Origin: Alphaproteobacteria bacterium
GTDB taxonomy: Bacteria; Pseudomonadota; Alphaproteobacteria; UBA828
Assembly (NCBI GenBank): GCA_965221125.1
Contig: CBDCRW010000001.1
Location: 1-64,000, forward strand
Reading direction: 5' to 3'
Length of the DNA: 64,000 nucleotides
This document shows positions 1-16,548 of the stretch, one piece after another. Both the position numbers and the translations under genes were made by a program. The notes under the pieces were generated by a model that was given only the letters and a program-made list of their open reading frames with translations, searched no databases and was not told the origin of the DNA. How positions within the stretch are numbered: position 1 is the first letter of the stretch; every line of letters starts with the position of its first letter.

Positions 1-247
1 CCGGATGCGGCGGCGATGACTCCAATGGCGGGTTTCGTGTTGCGACGGAAGGGGGTCGGCGTGGCGGCTTGGGCGGGTGTTCGGGGCCTCGATTGCCATC
101 GATGGTACGGGCATCGGGCCGAAGGGCGGCAACTGTGGAAAAGTCTTTTTTGCAAAACGAAGCCAATTTCTCATAACCCATTGAATTAGTGTGGTATACA
201 CCCAATATCGTCGGCCGGCGTGAGCCCCGTGTTTCGCGCCCGCGACA

Positions 248-276
248 TTGTGGATCGAGGGCGTTTGCGCTAGTCT
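248..276 (+). promoter_or_regulatory. putative sigma70-type promoter of the gyrA operon
   Basis: TTGTGG-N17-TAGTCT about 70 bp upstream of the gyrA start; motif match only. Confidence 0.3.
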
Positions 277-343
277 CGGGCGCGTAAGGATCGAGTCGCG
301 AAACGCGGCCTAATTCCTTGTCTTCCAACAATCTTTCCGGTCA

Positions 344-3074
<2,731 letters not shown>

Positions 3075-3082
<8 letters not shown>

Positions 3083-3581
3083 GAGGGTGGGCCTTTATCC
3101 GGGGACCTTCGACCCCATCACCACGGGCCATCAGGACATCATCAGGCGCACGCTCAGGGTGGTGGACAGGCTGGTCGTGGCGGTCGCCGTCAACGCGGGC
3201 AAGACCCCGCTGTTCAGCGTCGAGGAGCGCGTGGCGCTGACCGCGCAGGACCTCGCCGCGCTCGGGATCGAGCCGCCGCAGCTCGAGGTCCGCAGCTTCG
3301 ACAACCTGCTCATGGAGTTCGTCCACGAGGTCGGCGCCACGGTCATCGTGCGCGGGCTGCGCGCCGTCTCCGACTTCGAGTACGAGTTCCAGATGGCGGG
3401 CATGAACGCGCGGCTCGACCAGGACGTGGAGACGGTGTTCCTGATGGCGTCGGAGCGCCACCACTTCATCGCCTCGAAGCTGGTCAAGGAGATCGCCTCC
3501 CTCGGCGGCGACGTGTCGAGCTTCGTCTCGCCGCTCGTCGCCGAGCGCCTCGCCGAGCGGTTCGGGACGGCCGGTTCCTGA
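3075..3581 (+). CDS. coaD: pantetheine-phosphate adenylyltransferase
   Basis: [12 protein letters not shown] (T/HxGH), [12 protein letters not shown]; overlaps gyrA stop. Confidence 0.96.
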
Positions 3582-3605
3582 GGCCGGCGGCGCCGGCGGC
3601 CATCG

Positions 3606-4634
3606 GTGCGGGTCGACGCCTTCGATTTCGACCTTCCGCGCGAGGCCATCGCGATGCGCCCGGCGCGCCCGCGCGATTCCGCGCGCCTGCTCGATCTCAG
3701 CGTGGACCTCGCCCATCGCACGGTGGCCGACCTGCCGGCGGTGCTGAAGCCCGGCGACATGATGGTCTTCAACGACACGCGGGTGATCCCGGCACGTCTG
3801 GCAGGCACGCGGGGCGAGGCGCGGGTCGAGCTTACCCTGCACCGGCAGCGGTCGGACGGATGCTGGCTGGCGTTCGCCAAGCCGGCGCGGCGGCTCCGAT
3901 CGGGCGACGTGATCCGCTTCGCCGAGGGCTTCACGGCCAAGGTCGAGGGGCGCGACGGGCCGGAGGTGAGCCTCGCCTTCGACCGCCAGGGTGCGGCGCT
4001 CGACGATGCGCTCCAGAACCACGGCGCCATGCCGCTGCCGCCCTACATGCGCCGCGCCGCCGATGAGCGGGACCGCGACGACTACCAGACCGTGTACGCG
4101 CGCCGGGCGGGAGCGGTGGCCGCGCCGACCGCCGGCCTCCACTTCACCGACCGCCTGCTGCGCGCGATCGACGCGCAAGGCATCGGCCGGCGCTTCGTCA
4201 CCCTGCACGTGGGCGCCGGCACGTTCCTGCCCGTCTCGGTGGAGGACACGGCCGATCACCCGATACACGCGGAGGACTGCGTGCTCGCGCCCGATGTCGC
4301 CGCCGCCGTCAACGGCTGCCGCGCGGCCGGCGGGCGCATCGTCGCGGTGGGCACCACGGTCGTTCGCCTGCTGGAGAGCGCGGCCCGGTCCGACGGCACC
4401 GTCGAAGCGTTCTCCGGCGAGGTCGATCTCTTCATCGAGCCGGGCTACCGCTTCAAGGCGGTCGACCTGATGCTGACCAACTTCCACCTGCCGCGGTCGA
4501 CGCTCTTCATGCTGGTGTGCGCCTTCGCCGGAACTAAGCGCATGAAGGCGGCCTACGCCGAGGCGCTGGCGGCGGGCTACCGCTTCTATTCCTACGGTGA
4601 TGCCTGCCTGCTCGCGCGGGAGGATGTGGCGTGA
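3606..4634 (+). CDS. queA: S-adenosylmethionine:tRNA ribosyltransferase-isomerase
   Basis: [55 protein letters not shown]. Confidence 0.97.
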   Translation: MRVDAFDFDLPREAIAMRPARPRDSARLLDLSVDLAHRTVADLPAVLKPGDMMVFNDTRVIPARLAGTRGEARVELTLHRQRSDGCWLAFAKPARRLRSGDVIRFAEGFTAKVEGRDGPEVSLAFDRQGAALDDALQNHGAMPLPPYMRRAADERDRDDYQTVYARRAGAVAAPTAGLHFTDRLLRAIDAQGIGRRFVTLHVGAGTFLPVSVEDTADHPIHAEDCVLAPDVAAAVNGCRAAGGRIVAVGTTVVRLLESAARSDGTVEAFSGEVDLFIEPGYRFKAVDLMLTNFHLPRSTLFMLVCAFAGTKRMKAAYAEALAAGYRFYSYGDACLLAREDVA

Positions 4635-5740
4635 CGCTGGGTTTCACCGTGGAGGCGACGGCCGGCCGCGCTCGGCTCGGCCGGCTGGAGACCGCGCATG
4701 GGCCCGTGCAGACGCCCGCCTTCATGCCGGTCGGCACGCAAGCCGCGGTCAAGGGCCTCACGGTCGATGCCGTGCGCGCGAGCGGTGCCGAGATCGTGCT
4801 CGGCAACACCTATCACCTGATGATCCGCCCCGGTGCCGCGCGCATCGCGCGCCTCGGCGGGCTCCACACGTTCATGAACTGGCCGGGGCCCATCCTCACC
4901 GATTCCGGCGGCTTCCAGGTGATGTCGCTCGCCGGGCTCCGCACCGTCCAGGAGGACGGCGTGGTGTTCCGCGCGCACACCGACGGCTCCCGCCACCACC
5001 TGACGCCGGCGGGCGCCGTGGCGATCCAGCACGATCTCGACAGCGACATCACCATGGTGCTGGACGAGTGCACGCCCTACCCCGCGAGCGAGACGGAGGC
5101 GGCGGAGGCGATGCGGCGCTCCATGCGCTGGGCCGCGCGCTGCCGGGAGGCGTTCGTGTCCAGGCCGGGCTACGGGCTCTTTGGCATCGTGCAGGGCGGC
5201 GTGTTCCCCGCACTGCGGGCGGAATCGGCGGCGGCGCTGACCGAGATCGGCTTCGACGGCTACGCCGTCGGCGGGCTCGCGGTGGGCGAGGGGCAGGCGC
5301 AGATGCTGGCCGTGCTCGACGGCCTGCAGGGCGCGCTGCCGGCGGCGCGCCCGCGCTACCTCATGGGGGTGGGCACGCCCGACGATATCGTGCAGTCGGT
5401 ACGCCGCGGCATCGACATGTTCGACTGCGTGCTGCCCACCCGCTCCGGCCGCACGGCCCGCGCCTACACCGCAAGCGGCACGCTCAACATGCGGAACGCC
5501 CGGCACGCCGAGGATCCGTCGCCGGTGGATGCCGCCTGCGCCTGCCCCACGTGCGCGGACTACAGCCGCGCCTACCTGCACCACCTGTTCCGCACGGGCG
5601 AGATGCTGGGGCCGATCCTGCTGACCCAGCACAACCTCTATTTCTACCAGCGGCTGATGGCCGACCTGCGCGCCGCCATCGCGGCCGGCCGCCTCGATGC
5701 CTTCACGGCCACGCCCGGAGCGGACAGGGAGGCGGAATAA
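4631..5740 (+). CDS. tgt: tRNA-guanine transglycosylase
   Basis: [32 protein letters not shown], Zn site CACPTC..HN; GTGA overlap with queA. Confidence 0.97.
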   Translation: MTLGFTVEATAGRARLGRLETAHGPVQTPAFMPVGTQAAVKGLTVDAVRASGAEIVLGNTYHLMIRPGAARIARLGGLHTFMNWPGPILTDSGGFQVMSLAGLRTVQEDGVVFRAHTDGSRHHLTPAGAVAIQHDLDSDITMVLDECTPYPASETEAAEAMRRSMRWAARCREAFVSRPGYGLFGIVQGGVFPALRAESAAALTEIGFDGYAVGGLAVGEGQAQMLAVLDGLQGALPAARPRYLMGVGTPDDIVQSVRRGIDMFDCVLPTRSGRTARAYTASGTLNMRNARHAEDPSPVDAACACPTCADYSRAYLHHLFRTGEMLGPILLTQHNLYFYQRLMADLRAAIAAGRLDAFTATPGADREAE

Positions 5741-5770
5741 CCTGAGTGTTGTGAGCGCCGGTCGGCCGGT

Positions 5771-10281
<4,511 letters not shown>

Positions 10282-10285
<4 letters not shown>

Positions 10286-11730
10286 GCTGCGGCCTTGCGC
10301 GCGGCGGCGCCTTCGCCCGCCTTCGCCTGGATGTAGCGGTGAATGGAGGCCGCAGCGTCGCGTCCGTCCTTGATCGCCCAGACCACCAGCGAGGCGCCGC
10401 GCACGATGTCGCCGATGGCGAAGACGCCGTCGAGGCTCGTCATCATGGTGCGCCAGTCGATGAGCAGCGTGCCCCAGCGGGTCGTCTCGAGCGCAGGCTC
10501 GCCGAACAGCGTGGGCAGGTCCTCGGGGTCGAAGCCGAGCGCCTTGATGAGCAGGTCGGCGTCGACGGAATAGCTGGAGCCCGGAATCGGCTGGGGGGTC
10601 TGGCGGCCGCTCGCGTCGGCGACGCCCAGGTGAATGCGCACCGCGCGGACGCCCTCGACCAGGGTATCGCCGAGCACGGCCTCGGGCGACGAGAGCCAGA
10701 CGAACTCGACGCCCTCCTCCTCCGCGTGCGTCACCTCCTGCATCGAGCCCGGCATGTTGGCGCGGTCGCGGCGGTAGAGGCAGCGGACCGAGCGCGCGCC
10801 CTGGCGCACCGCCGTGCGCACACAGTCCATCGCCGTGTCGCCGCCGCCGACCACGACGACGTCCTTGCCCTCGGCGTCGAGCGTGCCGTCGTCGAAGGCC
10901 GGCACGTCGTCGCCCAGGCCCTTGCGGTTGCTCGCTGTGAGGTAGTCCATCGCCTGGAAGATGTTGCCGAGGCCGATCCCCGGCACGCTCATGTCGCGCG
11001 CCTTGTAGGCGCCGGTCGCAACCACCAGCGCATCGTGCTCTGCGCGCAGCTCGGCGAGCGAGCAGTCGCGCCCGACCTCGACGTTGAGGTGCATGTGCAC
11101 GCCGCCTTCGATGAGCAGGTCGGCCCGGCGCCGGACGATGGATTTGTCCAGCTTGAAGTTGGGGATCCCGTAGATCAGCAGGCCGCCGACCCGGTCGTAG
11201 CGGTCGTAGATGTGGACCCGATAGCCGAGGCGGCGCAGCTCCTCCGCAGCCGTCATCCCGCCGGGGCCTGCGCCGATGATGCCGACGGACTGCGGCCGCT
11301 CGGCCCTGGGCTCCGGCGGCTTGACCCAGCCGTTGCGGAACGCGGTATCGGTGATGTAGCGCTCCACCGCGCCGATGGTGACCGATTCGAAACCCTTCTC
11401 GATCACGCAGTTGCCTTCGCAGAGGCGGTCCTGCGGGCAGATGCGGCCGCAGATCTCCGGCATGTTGTTGGTCGCCGACGAGATCTCGTAGGCTTCCTCC
11501 AGCCGCCCCTCGGCCGTCAGCATCAGCCAGTCGGGGATGTTGTTCGAGACCGGGCAGTGAATCTGACAGAAGGGCACGCCGCACTGGGAGCAGCGGGCGG
11601 CCTGGTCGGCCGCCGCCTCGGGGCGGAAGTCGTCGTAGACCTCGCCCCAGTCGCGGCGGCGCAGCGCCGGCGCCCGCTTGTCCGGGTGCTTCTGCTCAAG
11701 CGTCACGAACTTGAGCATGTCCGTGCCCAC
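10282..11730 (-). CDS. gltD: glutamate synthase small subunit
   Basis: RCSQCGVPFCQIHCP, CGRICPQDRLCEGNC, GAGPGG, GGGDTAMDC; GTG 11730 follows GGGAGAGG (alternative ATG 11718). Confidence 0.95.
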
Positions 11731-12041
11731 GTGGCCTCTCCCTCTCGTCTCGCTGTCGAGGCGGGGCTGCCGCGGTCCCTCCGCCTGCGATTGCGCCCAG
11801 TATAGCCGCACGTCGTCATGCGCGCCATGCAATTCCGCGAAGATAAGACAGTATATCTGCCTGAAATGCGTCGATAGCGTCGCGGCGGCATTGGCCGTAC
11901 CAATATCGAGCTGTCTGGAGCGCTTATATTAGGACCGAACTGCGACTATGCGGGAAGCGTCGTATTCTGTCCCTGATCCGCCCCGCGGTGGTATAAGCGC
12001 GACGGCGGCGAGTCGGCCGCCATCGAGTCGGCAGCGCGCCC

Positions 12042-12851
12042 GTGCCCTTCTTCCATATCGCCATCCTCACGATCATCCAGGGCATCACCGAGTTCCTGCC
12101 GGTGAGCTCGTCCGGCCATCTCGTGCTGGTGCCTCTCGTCACCGGCTGGCAGGACCAGGGGTTGGTCATGGACGTGGCGGTCCATGTCGGCACGCTCGCG
12201 GCGGTCCTGGTCTACTTCTCCGGCGATCTCTGGCGCATGGTCCTCGGCTGGCTCGGCGGGCGCTGGCGCAGGCGCGACCGCAAGCTGGGCAGGGCGCTCG
12301 GCTTCTATCTGGTCGTCTCCTCCGTTCCCGTGATCGCCGCCGGCGGGGTGCTCTACCTGATGGGGTACGCGGTGCTGCGCGACCCGGAGGTGGTCGCCTG
12401 GGCGACGGTCGGCTTCGGGGTCCTGCTCTACGTCTTCGATCGCATCGGGATGACCGTCCGGCGCGTGGAGCACATGACGCTTGGCCACGCGTTCTTCATC
12501 GGCCTTGCCCAGGTGCTCGCGCTCATTCCCGGTGCGAGCCGCTCGGGAGTCAGCATGACCGCCGCCCGTTGGCTCGGTTACGAGCGGCCGGAGGCGGCGC
12601 GCTTCTCGATGCTCATGTCGATCCCGGTCATCGGGGCGAGCGGGACAGTGGCCGGCTACGAGGTGTGGAGCCGGGGCGACCCCGTCCTCACCGCGAGCGC
12701 GGCGCTCGCCGCAGCCCTCTCGTTCGTCGTGGCGCTGGTGGCAATCGCCCTGCTGCTGGCGCTGCTCCGGCGCGTGAGCTTCACGCCCTTCGTCATCTAC
12801 CGCCTGGCTCTGGGCGGCGCGGTGCTCGTCTGGCTCTATTACCTGGCGTGA
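12042..12851 (+). CDS. uppP: undecaprenyl-diphosphate phosphatase
   Basis: QGITEFLPVSSSGH and ALIPGASRSG motifs; multi-pass hydrophobic. Confidence 0.95.
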   Translation: MPFFHIAILTIIQGITEFLPVSSSGHLVLVPLVTGWQDQGLVMDVAVHVGTLAAVLVYFSGDLWRMVLGWLGGRWRRRDRKLGRALGFYLVVSSVPVIAAGGVLYLMGYAVLRDPEVVAWATVGFGVLLYVFDRIGMTVRRVEHMTLGHAFFIGLAQVLALIPGASRSGVSMTAARWLGYERPEAARFSMLMSIPVIGASGTVAGYEVWSRGDPVLTASAALAAALSFVVALVAIALLLALLRRVSFTPFVIYRLALGGAVLVWLYYLA

Positions 12852-12855
12852 CGCT

Positions 12856-13857
12856 CTACGCTTCGGCGACCGGCGCCGACTGGCTGCTGCCGCGGCGGTG
12901 GTCCCGCAGGTAGGTCGGCAGGATGAGCTCCGCCGCCGTCGCCTCGACGCCGAGGTCGGCGAGGCCCGGCGCGTCCGGCGCGACCACGTTGTCGATCCTG
13001 AGCAGCGTCACCTGGTCCGGCGTGAGCGGCGGCACCGGCGCAAACTGCAGGAACTTCGCCATGATTGCCGCGGCGAAGAACGGCACCGGGGCCAGCAGCG
13101 GCTTGCGGCCGGTCTCGTGCGCGACCATCGCCATGAGATCGGCATAGCTGTAGACCGAGGGGCCGCCCAGCTCGTAGGTCTTGCCCTGCGCCGCCTCGCC
13201 GTCCAGCGCCCGCTTGGCGGCCTCGGCGATGTCGCCGACGAAGACCGGCTGGAAGCGCGTCGTGCCGGCGACGAACTCGGGCGTAAGAAACAGCCCGTCC
13301 AGCTTCATCTTCGGCAGCCCGTCGAAGAACACGGGCAGGACGGGGACCAGCCGCACCATGGCGGCGAAGCGGTTGAAGAAATCGTCCTCGGGCCCGAACA
13401 CGAGGCTCGGGCGGAAGATCGTGGCGGTGGGGAACGCGTCGCGGATCGCGGCCTCGCCGGCCGCCTTGGAGCGTGCGTAGGCCGAGGGCGAGGCCGCATC
13501 GGCGCCGATCGCCGAGACGTGCAGCAGGTGCGAGACGTCGGCCTCCGCCGCGGCCCGCGCGATGCGGTCGGCCGACGCCACGTGGACGGCATAGAAATTC
13601 TGCCGGCCGCGCTCGTAGAGGATGCCGGTAAGGTTGATGACCGCGTCCGCGCCGGCGACGGCACGGCGGATCGAGGCTTCGTCCCGCACGTTGGCCTGGA
13701 CCGGAACGACCTGGCCGACATCGCCGCAAGGGCGCAGGAAACCGGCAAGCTCCGGCCGCCGGGTCGCGACGCGGATGCCGTAGCCCTCCTGCGCCAGCCG
13801 CTGGACGATGTGGCGCCCGAGGAACCCGCTTCCACCGAAGATCGTGACGATTCGCAA
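12856..13857 (-). CDS. complex I NDUFA9-like NAD(P)-binding atypical SDR protein
   Basis: TIFGGSGFLG, GDVGQV, YARSKAAGE, RPSLVFGPED. Confidence 0.88.
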   Translation of the reverse strand: MRIVTIFGGSGFLGRHIVQRLAQEGYGIRVATRRPELAGFLRPCGDVGQVVPVQANVRDEASIRRAVAGADAVINLTGILYERGRQNFYAVHVASADRIARAAAEADVSHLLHVSAIGADAASPSAYARSKAAGEAAIRDAFPTATIFRPSLVFGPEDDFFNRFAAMVRLVPVLPVFFDGLPKMKLDGLFLTPEFVAGTTRFQPVFVGDIAEAAKRALDGEAAQGKTYELGGPSVYSYADLMAMVAHETGRKPLLAPVPFFAAAIMAKFLQFAPVPPLTPDQVTLLRIDNVVAPDAPGLADLGVEATAAELILPTYLRDHRRGSSQSAPVAEA

Positions 13858-13945
13858 GACGGCCCCGCTCGATCTCTGCTGCCGTTGATGCGCCCCGACT
13901 ATTAGCGCGGATGTCTCACCGATGTCACGGCCTGCGTCGCAGGCG

Positions 13946-13975
13946 TTGACCCTGGCAAGAGTTCCGGGCTAGGCA
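13946..13975 (+). promoter_or_regulatory. putative sigma70 promoter, possibly a near-leaderless rnd transcript
   Basis: TTGACC-N17/18-(C)TAGGC just before ATG 13983, no Shine-Dalgarno visible. Confidence 0.25.
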
Positions 13976-13982
13976 GCACGCC

Positions 13983-14600
13983 ATGGCGCAGCATCTGCAT
14001 CGCGGCGACCTGCCGCCGGGGCTCACCTTCGGCGACGCGGTGGCCATCGACACCGAGACGATGGGCCTCGACCCCCATCGCGACCGGCTCTGCCTGGTCC
14101 AGCTCTCGCGCGGCGACGGCGACTGCCACCTGGTGCAGCTCCCGCCCGGCGAGCCCATCGATGCGCCGTGCCTGGCGGCGTTGCTGACCGACGAGACGGT
14201 GCTAAAAATCTTCCACTTCGCGCGCTTCGACGTTGCGGTGCTGGAGCACGCGCTCGGGCTTCGCTGCGGGCCGGTCTACTGCACGAAGATCGCCTCCCGG
14301 CTCTCGCGCACCTTCACCGACCGCCACGGCCTCAAGGACCTCTGCCGCGACCTGCTCGGCGTCGAGATTTCCAAGCAGCAGCAGTCGTCGGACTGGGGCA
14401 CGGACACCCTCTCCAAGAGCCAGCTCGAGTATGCCGCCAACGACGTGCTCCACCTGCATGCGCTGAAGGAGAAGCTCGACGCGATGCTGGTGAGAGAGGG
14501 GCGGGCGGAACTCGCCCAGGCCTGCTTCGACTTCCTGCCCCACCGCGCCCGCCTGGATCTCGAAGGCTGGCCAGAGGTGGACATCTTCGCCCACGACTAG
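13983..14600 (+). CDS. rnd: ribonuclease D-like DEDDy 3'-5' exonuclease (short form)
   Basis: AIDTETMGL, HFARFD, QQSSDWG, YAANDV. Confidence 0.88.
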   Translation: MAQHLHRGDLPPGLTFGDAVAIDTETMGLDPHRDRLCLVQLSRGDGDCHLVQLPPGEPIDAPCLAALLTDETVLKIFHFARFDVAVLEHALGLRCGPVYCTKIASRLSRTFTDRHGLKDLCRDLLGVEISKQQQSSDWGTDTLSKSQLEYAANDVLHLHALKEKLDAMLVREGRAELAQACFDFLPHRARLDLEGWPEVDIFAHD

Positions 14601-14759
14601 GGCGTTTCCGTTTTTCACGGAAACGCCCTCTCCCTTTTTTCGCTCACGGCAGCTGGCCTGCGGCCAGCGCCTCCGCGAGGGCGCCGCATTCGCGGCGGGC
14701 CGCGGTCGCGGCCTATCGCGCGTCCGCCAAAGTCGGACGCGCTCTCGGGCGGCGCCTAG
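14597..14759. repeat. CTAG-bounded multi-hairpin intergenic element (REP/MITE-like)
   Basis: CTAG at both ends overlapping the rnd and purM stop codons; several inverted repeats inside. Confidence 0.4.
14599..14640 (+). terminator. intrinsic terminator-like hairpin after rnd
   Basis: perfect 13-bp stem AGGGCGTTTCCGT/ACGGAAACGCCCT, 5-nt loop, T6 at 14635-14640. Confidence 0.55.
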
Positions 14760-15865
14760 CGTTCGCACGCGAACCCCTCGCCCGCGCGGCCGACGAGCCC
14801 CGCCTGCTCGATCCACACGCGTTCCTGTGCATCGTCGACCACCGTGCCGATCCGCTGGCACGCCTTGCCGTGCGCGCCGAGGATGGCGATGGCGCGGGCC
14901 TCGTGCGCCGGCGGCACGATGGCGCAGAAGCCGATGCCCATGTTGAAGACGCGGAACATCTCCGCGTCCGCGATGCCGCCTAGCCGCTGGATCGCCGAGA
15001 AAACCGGCGGCGCGTCGGGCAGCGCGTCAATGCGCATGCCCACCTGCGCCTCGATGCGGGTCAGGTTGAGGAAGCCGTCGCCGGTGATGTGGAGCAGCGC
15101 GCGCACCGGCACGTCACTTGCGAGCAGGTCCAGCGCCTCGCGGACGTAGATGTGCGTCGGCCGCAGCAGCGCCTCGCCCACGGTCTCGCCCAGGTCGTCG
15201 AGCCGGTCTCCCGCCCCGAGCCCCGCCGTCTCGAAGAAGACGCGCCGCGCGAGCGTGAGGCCGTTGCTGTGGATGCCGCTGCTGGCGATGCCGACGATGC
15301 TGTCGCCCGGGCGCACGTCGGCCCCGACATTGACGGCGTCGAGTTCGACGCGGCCCACGGCGGTCCCCGCCAGGTCGAAGCCCCGGTCCGGCACGGCGCC
15401 CTTGATGACGTCGCGCATCTCGGCGATCTCGCCGCCCGAGATCGAGACGCCCGCCAGCCGCGCGCCCTCGGCCAGGCCCTTGCCGAGGGCTTCCAGCATC
15501 CCCGGCTCCGCACGCTCGACGGCGATGTAGTCGACGAAGGTGACCGGGCGCGCGCCGACGCAGACGAGGTCGTTCACGTTCATCGCCACGCAGTCGATGC
15601 CGACGGTATCGAAGCGCCCCGTCATCTGCGCGATCAGCGCCTTGGTGCCGATGCCGTCGGTGCAGACGGCGATGCCCATGCCGCCGAAATCGACGACGCT
15701 CGCGAAGTAGCCCGGCCTGCCCCTGATCGCGCCGAGCCCTTCGGCGCCCGCCGGCCATGTGGTGCGGATGTGGCGGACGAGCGCGGCCAGCCCCGCCTCG
15801 GCGGCGCCAAGATCGACGCCGGCGCTGCCGTAGTCCGTAGATGGGCGCTCCGGCGGCGCTGCCAT
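14756..15865 (-). CDS. purM: phosphoribosylformylglycinamidine cyclo-ligase (AIR synthase), atypical
   Basis: YGSAGVD, TDGIGTK, DCVAMNVND, GGEIAEM, SSGIHSNG, HITGDG, FNMGIG. Confidence 0.88.
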   Translation of the reverse strand: MAAPPERPSTDYGSAGVDLGAAEAGLAALVRHIRTTWPAGAEGLGAIRGRPGYFASVVDFGGMGIAVCTDGIGTKALIAQMTGRFDTVGIDCVAMNVNDLVCVGARPVTFVDYIAVERAEPGMLEALGKGLAEGARLAGVSISGGEIAEMRDVIKGAVPDRGFDLAGTAVGRVELDAVNVGADVRPGDSIVGIASSGIHSNGLTLARRVFFETAGLGAGDRLDDLGETVGEALLRPTHIYVREALDLLASDVPVRALLHITGDGFLNLTRIEAQVGMRIDALPDAPPVFSAIQRLGGIADAEMFRVFNMGIGFCAIVPPAHEARAIAILGAHGKACQRIGTVVDDAQERVWIEQAGLVGRAGEGFACER

Positions 15866-16032
15866 GCCTCTCTCGTCCCTTCACCCACCACAGGCGGGCG
15901 CGAGCCTCGCCTATCGGCCGGCGGCCGGCAAGGATCGCGGCGCCTTCCGATCCACCGGGCCCGCCGCTATCATCGCCGCCCATCATCGGCCGGGCGCCCG
16001 CCCGCCGGCAACATGCGACAGCGGGAGAAACC

Positions 16033-16518
16033 ATGAGCTCGAAGACCACCGCAACCCCCGAAAACGCCCTCTCCAAGCAAGAGATCGACGAGCGATTGGC
16101 GGCAGGCACGCTGGCGCGACTCGCGAGCTACCGCGAGGACGGGATGATTCACATGACGCCGATCTGGTTCGACTGGAACGGCGAGGTGTTCCGGCTCACC
16201 CTCGGCGCGGGCCGCATCCACCTCAAGAACCTGGCGCGGGATTCGCGCGTCTCGATCCTGGTCGACCGCGACCCCCGCGTGGACGAGGGCGCGCAAGGCC
16301 TCGCGGCCGGCGCGTGGGCGATCATGTGCCGGGGCCACGCCACGCTCTCGCAGGACGACGCGCTGATACGCGAGGTCACGGTCGCGGTGCTGAAGAAGGC
16401 GCTCGGGCCGGAGGATGCCGACAAGTATGCCGAGCCGGTGATGGCGGAGGGCCGCACCATCGTGACCATCACGCCGCAGGACTGGCTGACCTGGGACTAC
16501 AACAAGGCCGAGGATTAG
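16033..16518 (+). CDS. pyridoxamine 5'-phosphate oxidase-family (PPOX/FDOR split-barrel) protein
   Basis: ARLASYREDG.IHMTPIWF, KNLARDSRVSILVD; ATG after GGGAGA. Confidence 0.8.
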   Translation: MSSKTTATPENALSKQEIDERLAAGTLARLASYREDGMIHMTPIWFDWNGEVFRLTLGAGRIHLKNLARDSRVSILVDRDPRVDEGAQGLAAGAWAIMCRGHATLSQDDALIREVTVAVLKKALGPEDADKYAEPVMAEGRTIVTITPQDWLTWDYNKAED

Positions 16519-16548
16519 GGGGGTGTCAGTCCGCTTCCCCGGCGCGAT

